From an uncultured Gammaproteobacteria bacterium (lineage in GTDB: Bacteria > Patescibacteriota > Patescibacteriia > Magasanikbacterales > GCA-002688135): 39,320 nt of DNA. The position numbers and the translations under genes are program-made. This document shows positions 36,226 to 39,320 of this stretch, piece after piece. Each line of letters opens with the position of its first letter. Within the stretch, counting starts at the first letter, position 1. The notes beneath the pieces are model-generated. The model made no database searches. It was not told the origin of the DNA and saw only the letters and a list, made by a program, of their open reading frames with translations. Where the stretch lies: contig CAZHXK010000002.1 of the NCBI GenBank assembly GCA_964536565.1, forward strand, positions 1-39,320. The letters are read 5' to 3'.

Positions 36226-36252
36226 TAAAAATCGGCGTTATGCCGATTTTTA
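36226..36252. terminator. bidirectional intrinsic terminator after the RmlB-RmlD fusion gene
   Basis: ATCGGC-GTTAT-GCCGAT flanked by AAAA on the left and TTTTT on the right. Confidence 0.65.
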
Positions 36253-36261
36253 TTTATTATT

Positions 36262-38223
36262 CTAGAGTTGTGGTTGCAACTCTCTTTTGATCGCGAGTTT
36301 TTCCCTGGTATCTTGTGCTACCTTCCCCATCACCTGCGCGCCTTCTTGTGTGGTGAGTTGTTGTTTTAAATCTTGAATGATTTCTGGGAGTCGTTTGTCG
36401 ATAGATTCGAGCTCTATGCCATACGTGCGGAGTTTTTCTCCTGACAGGACGGAATCGATGCGCTCAGCGAATGTCATTTCATTTAACTCTTGTTTTGAAA
36501 TGATTTGCAGCTGCATATCTGGTCTGATGATGCGCTTAAGTAGTTGTGCAATACGGTACGGAGATGTCACTCCTGGATTAACAATGTTGATGATTCCTGT
36601 CGCTTCTTTTTCTATGAGCTGCACTGTTGTTTTCAGTAAATCATCAACAACGGTGCATGAATTATCTTTATCGATGAATTTTGTATACGACAACATTTTT
36701 GCGAGCGCGTTTCGTGGTGATAGTACGCCTGAAAGTAATTGTCGCGGACGAAGAATAAGAACCTTCAATCCCTTACGCGCTCGATGCATCAGTAACTGAT
36801 CTGCAAATGCTTTTGTCCACGCGTAGAAGCATACCGCTGAAATTGGATCTTCTTCTGTGTGTACGGTTTCCTTCGTCGGACTTTCTTGAATGCATCCACT
36901 TGAAACATGTACGAGGTATAAGTTTTTCTCCTGACACACCGCAGCGACGTTATCCGCTCCCATTGTGTTCACCGCGATTGTTTCTGGTTTGTTTTTCTCA
37001 CACCAATCAATATCTGTTTTCGCAACAGCATTTACCACAATGTCTGGTTCAGTTTCTGCAATGAGACGTTGAATGCTTTCGATACTCGTCACATCAACGC
37101 GAGAACTGTTCGCACCCTCTGCGTCGTATCCATTATTATTGAAATAGTCGATGTACTGTGAGCCCAAGAACCCTGTTCCGAGTACGAGTACTTTTGCTTT
37201 AGCTTCATCTTCAATGTGCGGATTGAATTCACCGAAGCGCTCTCGTAATCCCTCAAGCCATTCTGTATTTTCTTTATACCACGTAATTGTTTCACGCATC
37301 CCCTCAACGAACTTATTTCGAGGGTATGATGGCTGATATGAAACGTGTTTGAAAAGTTTTGATGCATCCACCGCATAACGACGATCATGCCCCGGACGAT
37401 CCTTCACATAACGAATACTACTTTCATCTAATCCCATTTCACGCACGATCATGTTTGCAAGATCGCGATTGTTCCACTCATTTCCAATTCCAACATTATA
37501 TACTTCCCCTGGCACACCGTTTTCGATTAATGCCCAAATTGCGCGACAGTGATCATCTACGTGAATCCAGTCGCGTACATTTGCTCCATCTCCGTACAAA
37601 GGAATTTTCTTTCCCTGCATCAACAACTGAATCCAGTATGGAATAACTTTCTCTGGGAATTCACGTGGGCCGTAGTTATTTACACACCGTGTCACAATAA
37701 CTGGTGTTTGGAATGATTCGAAATATGAACGACAAATCAGGCCCGCAGAAGCTTTACTTGATGAGTATGGAGAGTTCGGTCGAAGATGAGACTCTTCGTT
37801 GAATCGTTCTCGCGATTCGAGTGAGAGTGTTCCATACACCTCATCTGTTGAAACTTGAATCATTTTCTTCACACCAAAGTTCTTTGTCGCTTCAAGCAAC
37901 ACCTGCACACCTTTAATATTCGTATCCACGAAAACCTCCGCATTATCATGAACTGATCGATCAACGTGTGTTTCCGCAGCGAAGTTAATGATCGCATCTG
38001 GCTGATATTCTTTCATCAATCGCTCGATAAGTGGTTTGTTTGTGATTGATCCATGCACAAACGATACCCCTGGATTTCCTATCACACCCTCGAGGTTCTG
38101 GAGGTTTCCTGCATATGTCAGCGCATCAAAAATAACCAGTTTTGTTTCTGGTGAGATGCGTCGAATTAATTGGCAGAAGTTTGATCCGATGAATCCTGCT
38201 CCCCCGGTTACGAATAGTGTCAT
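36262..38223 (-). CDS. fusion protein: dTDP-glucose 4,6-dehydratase (RmlB-like) + dTDP-4-dehydrorhamnose reductase-like (RmlD-like) SDR domains
   Basis: 653 aa. The N-terminal half has FVTGGAGFIGSNF, STDEVYG and YSSSKASAG (extended SDR, RmlB type). The C-terminal half has a second Rossmann motif VLVLGTGFLGSQY and YAWTK (YxxxK). Confidence 0.88.
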   Translation of the reverse strand: MTLFVTGGAGFIGSNFCQLIRRISPETKLVIFDALTYAGNLQNLEGVIGNPGVSFVHGSITNKPLIERLMKEYQPDAIINFAAETHVDRSVHDNAEVFVDTNIKGVQVLLEATKNFGVKKMIQVSTDEVYGTLSLESRERFNEESHLRPNSPYSSSKASAGLICRSYFESFQTPVIVTRCVNNYGPREFPEKVIPYWIQLLMQGKKIPLYGDGANVRDWIHVDDHCRAIWALIENGVPGEVYNVGIGNEWNNRDLANMIVREMGLDESSIRYVKDRPGHDRRYAVDASKLFKHVSYQPSYPRNKFVEGMRETITWYKENTEWLEGLRERFGEFNPHIEDEAKAKVLVLGTGFLGSQYIDYFNNNGYDAEGANSSRVDVTSIESIQRLIAETEPDIVVNAVAKTDIDWCEKNKPETIAVNTMGADNVAAVCQEKNLYLVHVSSGCIQESPTKETVHTEEDPISAVCFYAWTKAFADQLLMHRARKGLKVLILRPRQLLSGVLSPRNALAKMLSYTKFIDKDNSCTVVDDLLKTTVQLIEKEATGIINIVNPGVTSPYRIAQLLKRIIRPDMQLQIISKQELNEMTFAERIDSVLSGEKLRTYGIELESIDKRLPEIIQDLKQQLTTQEGAQVMGKVAQDTREKLAIKRELQPQL

Positions 38224-38233
38224 ATGTGGTGTG

Positions 38234-38647
38234 TTAAGAAATCGCGTCTGTTATTTTTTTAGCAACTGCTGCAGCCTCCTCCGGTGATTCGTATTTTTTA
38301 TGTGGCCAGTGTCTCAGTCCATCATCGGACACTCTTGGAATAATATGAAAGTGGATGTGGAATATAGCTTGCCCAGCAACTGAACCATTATTTTGGATGA
38401 CATTGAAACCCTCGACTTCCATTCCTTTCATTATCGCCTTCCCTACTTTCTGAGATGTCTCCATGACGTTCGTAAGGGTAGCCAGCGGTGTTGATCCTAA
38501 ATTCTCATGATGATCTTTTGGAATAACGAGCGTGTGCCCAAGATTATTTGGATTGATATCCAAAAATGCGAGCGTGTGTTCATCCTCAAAAACAATATCT
38601 GAAGGAATCTCTCTTTTTATTATGTTGCAAAATAGACAATCATTCAT
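38234..38647 (-). CDS. HIT family (histidine triad) nucleotide hydrolase/transferase
   Basis: The histidine triad HIHFHIIPR is present. The ORF begins at TTG 38665, but the ATG at 38647 (MNDCLFCNIIKREIPS) matches the usual HIT N-terminus. Confidence 0.88.
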   Translation of the reverse strand: MNDCLFCNIIKREIPSDIVFEDEHTLAFLDINPNNLGHTLVIPKDHHENLGSTPLATLTNVMETSQKVGKAIMKGMEVEGFNVIQNNGSVAGQAIFHIHFHIIPRVSDDGLRHWPHKKYESPEEAAAVAKKITDAIS

Positions 38648-38807
38648 ATACGAGTAGATATGCAATAAGCGCTAGAAGTGCGATGAGTGCGACATGCGCA
38701 ATCCGCATGTGCAACAACACAAACCCGGGCGACTGTTTTTCAATAAGAAACAGGACAATCGAGAGGGCTGTGGATACAATTACAATCTCTTTTAGATGAA
38801 GCTTCAT
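38640..38807 (-). CDS. possible small two-helix membrane protein (55 aa)
   Basis: Not in the ORF track. My translation is MKLHLKEIVIVSTALSIVLFLIEKQSPGFVLLHMRIAHVALIALLALIAYLLVYE*. Its start is 1 nt after the upstream stop, and its stop overlaps the HIT start (ATGAATGA). Confidence 0.35.
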   Translation of the reverse strand: MKLHLKEIVIVSTALSIVLFLIEKQSPGFVLLHMRIAHVALIALLALIAYLLVYE

Positions 38808-38808
38808 A

Positions 38809-39270
38809 TTATCGATTGCCGGCTAAATACGCAAGAATTCGTTCTGATGTAATGGGTGGTTTCTCAAAAACCGCAGAAAACCCAGCAATATCTATCTTAC
38901 CATCTGTGATAAATGAGAATTGATAGCGTTTTGTGTCTGTATGATAAAAGAGTTGTCCGAGGTCGACCGTTATTTGTGTAGTATGCCATTGCCCATCTGG
39001 GATGATCGCAAGCTGCTCATACACGAACTCAAATAACTCAGGGCCAGTCTGATCTCCAAATGAAACCGTTATGGCTTTTTCTGCTCGATACGTAATATCG
39101 ACCGTAGCTGTTTGGAACGGTCGAGGTGTGCGGACATGAAAAAATACCGGACTATCGATGAGCGTATGGAATGTTTCACCATCCTCTGTTTGAAATGGAA
39201 TCATTCTTTCACCCGGTCTGAAGTCTGTGACGTATGAAGATTTTTCTCCGATGTCATATTGAATAGCCAA
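38809..39270 (-). CDS. hypothetical protein (start uncertain, TTG)
   Basis: 153-aa ORF beginning with TTG. The frame is open only to 39300, where an in-frame TGA lies at 39301-39303. No family recognised. Confidence 0.5.
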   Translation of the reverse strand: MAIQYDIGEKSSYVTDFRPGERMIPFQTEDGETFHTLIDSPVFFHVRTPRPFQTATVDITYRAEKAITVSFGDQTGPELFEFVYEQLAIIPDGQWHTTQITVDLGQLFYHTDTKRYQFSFITDGKIDIAGFSAVFEKPPITSERILAYLAGNR

Positions 39271-39320
39271 TGTTCCAAGTGGAATGAGCGATAATAATGT
39301 TCAGACAGTTAGTGATTTTA

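Overview
This is a gene-dense window transcribed mostly on the minus strand. By gene content it looks like a small-genome, CPR/Patescibacteria-like bacterium (inference only). It has many surface-glycan genes, PEGA and FG-GAP proteins, anaerobic RNR and few biosynthetic genes.

Gene layout:
- **Both ends:** cell-envelope glycan clusters. These include GT4 and GT2 glycosyltransferases, an O-antigen-ligase-like protein, a long-form RmlA-like nucleotidyltransferase and an RmlB-RmlD fusion.
- **Middle:** purA, nrdD/nrdG, a 3-gene oxidoreductase/TPP operon, a PAS-fused ECF-type sigma factor, a lexA + Y-family polymerase SOS cassette, an S41 protease, a NUDIX hydrolase and murA.
- **Promoters:** canonical TTGACA-17-TAnnnT promoters recur and help fix several start codons.

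Most unusual features:
1. A roughly 1.6 kb ORF-free, hairpin-dense island (20.84-22.46 kb) carries divergent transcription signals. A near-consensus promoter and an intrinsic terminator bracket a roughly 0.9 kb plus-strand candidate structured RNA. A roughly 0.4 kb minus-strand candidate RNA ends in tandem terminators just upstream of the LexA-operated lexA promoter. I could not assign either to a known RNA family by eye.
2. nrdD lacks its glycyl-radical domain, which sits in a 55-codon ORF in the -1 frame just downstream of an A6 run.
3. A visibly GC-richer gene encodes a Cys/Asp-rich repeat lipoprotein.
4. A stand-alone 37-codon hydrophobic peptide gene has its own promoter, SD and terminator.
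5. Palindromic repeat families are present, one copy translated in-frame inside a GT2 gene.
6. A four-gene island of unknown function interrupts the rhamnose/GT cluster.

I found no rRNA, tRNA, CRISPR array, transposase or integrase.
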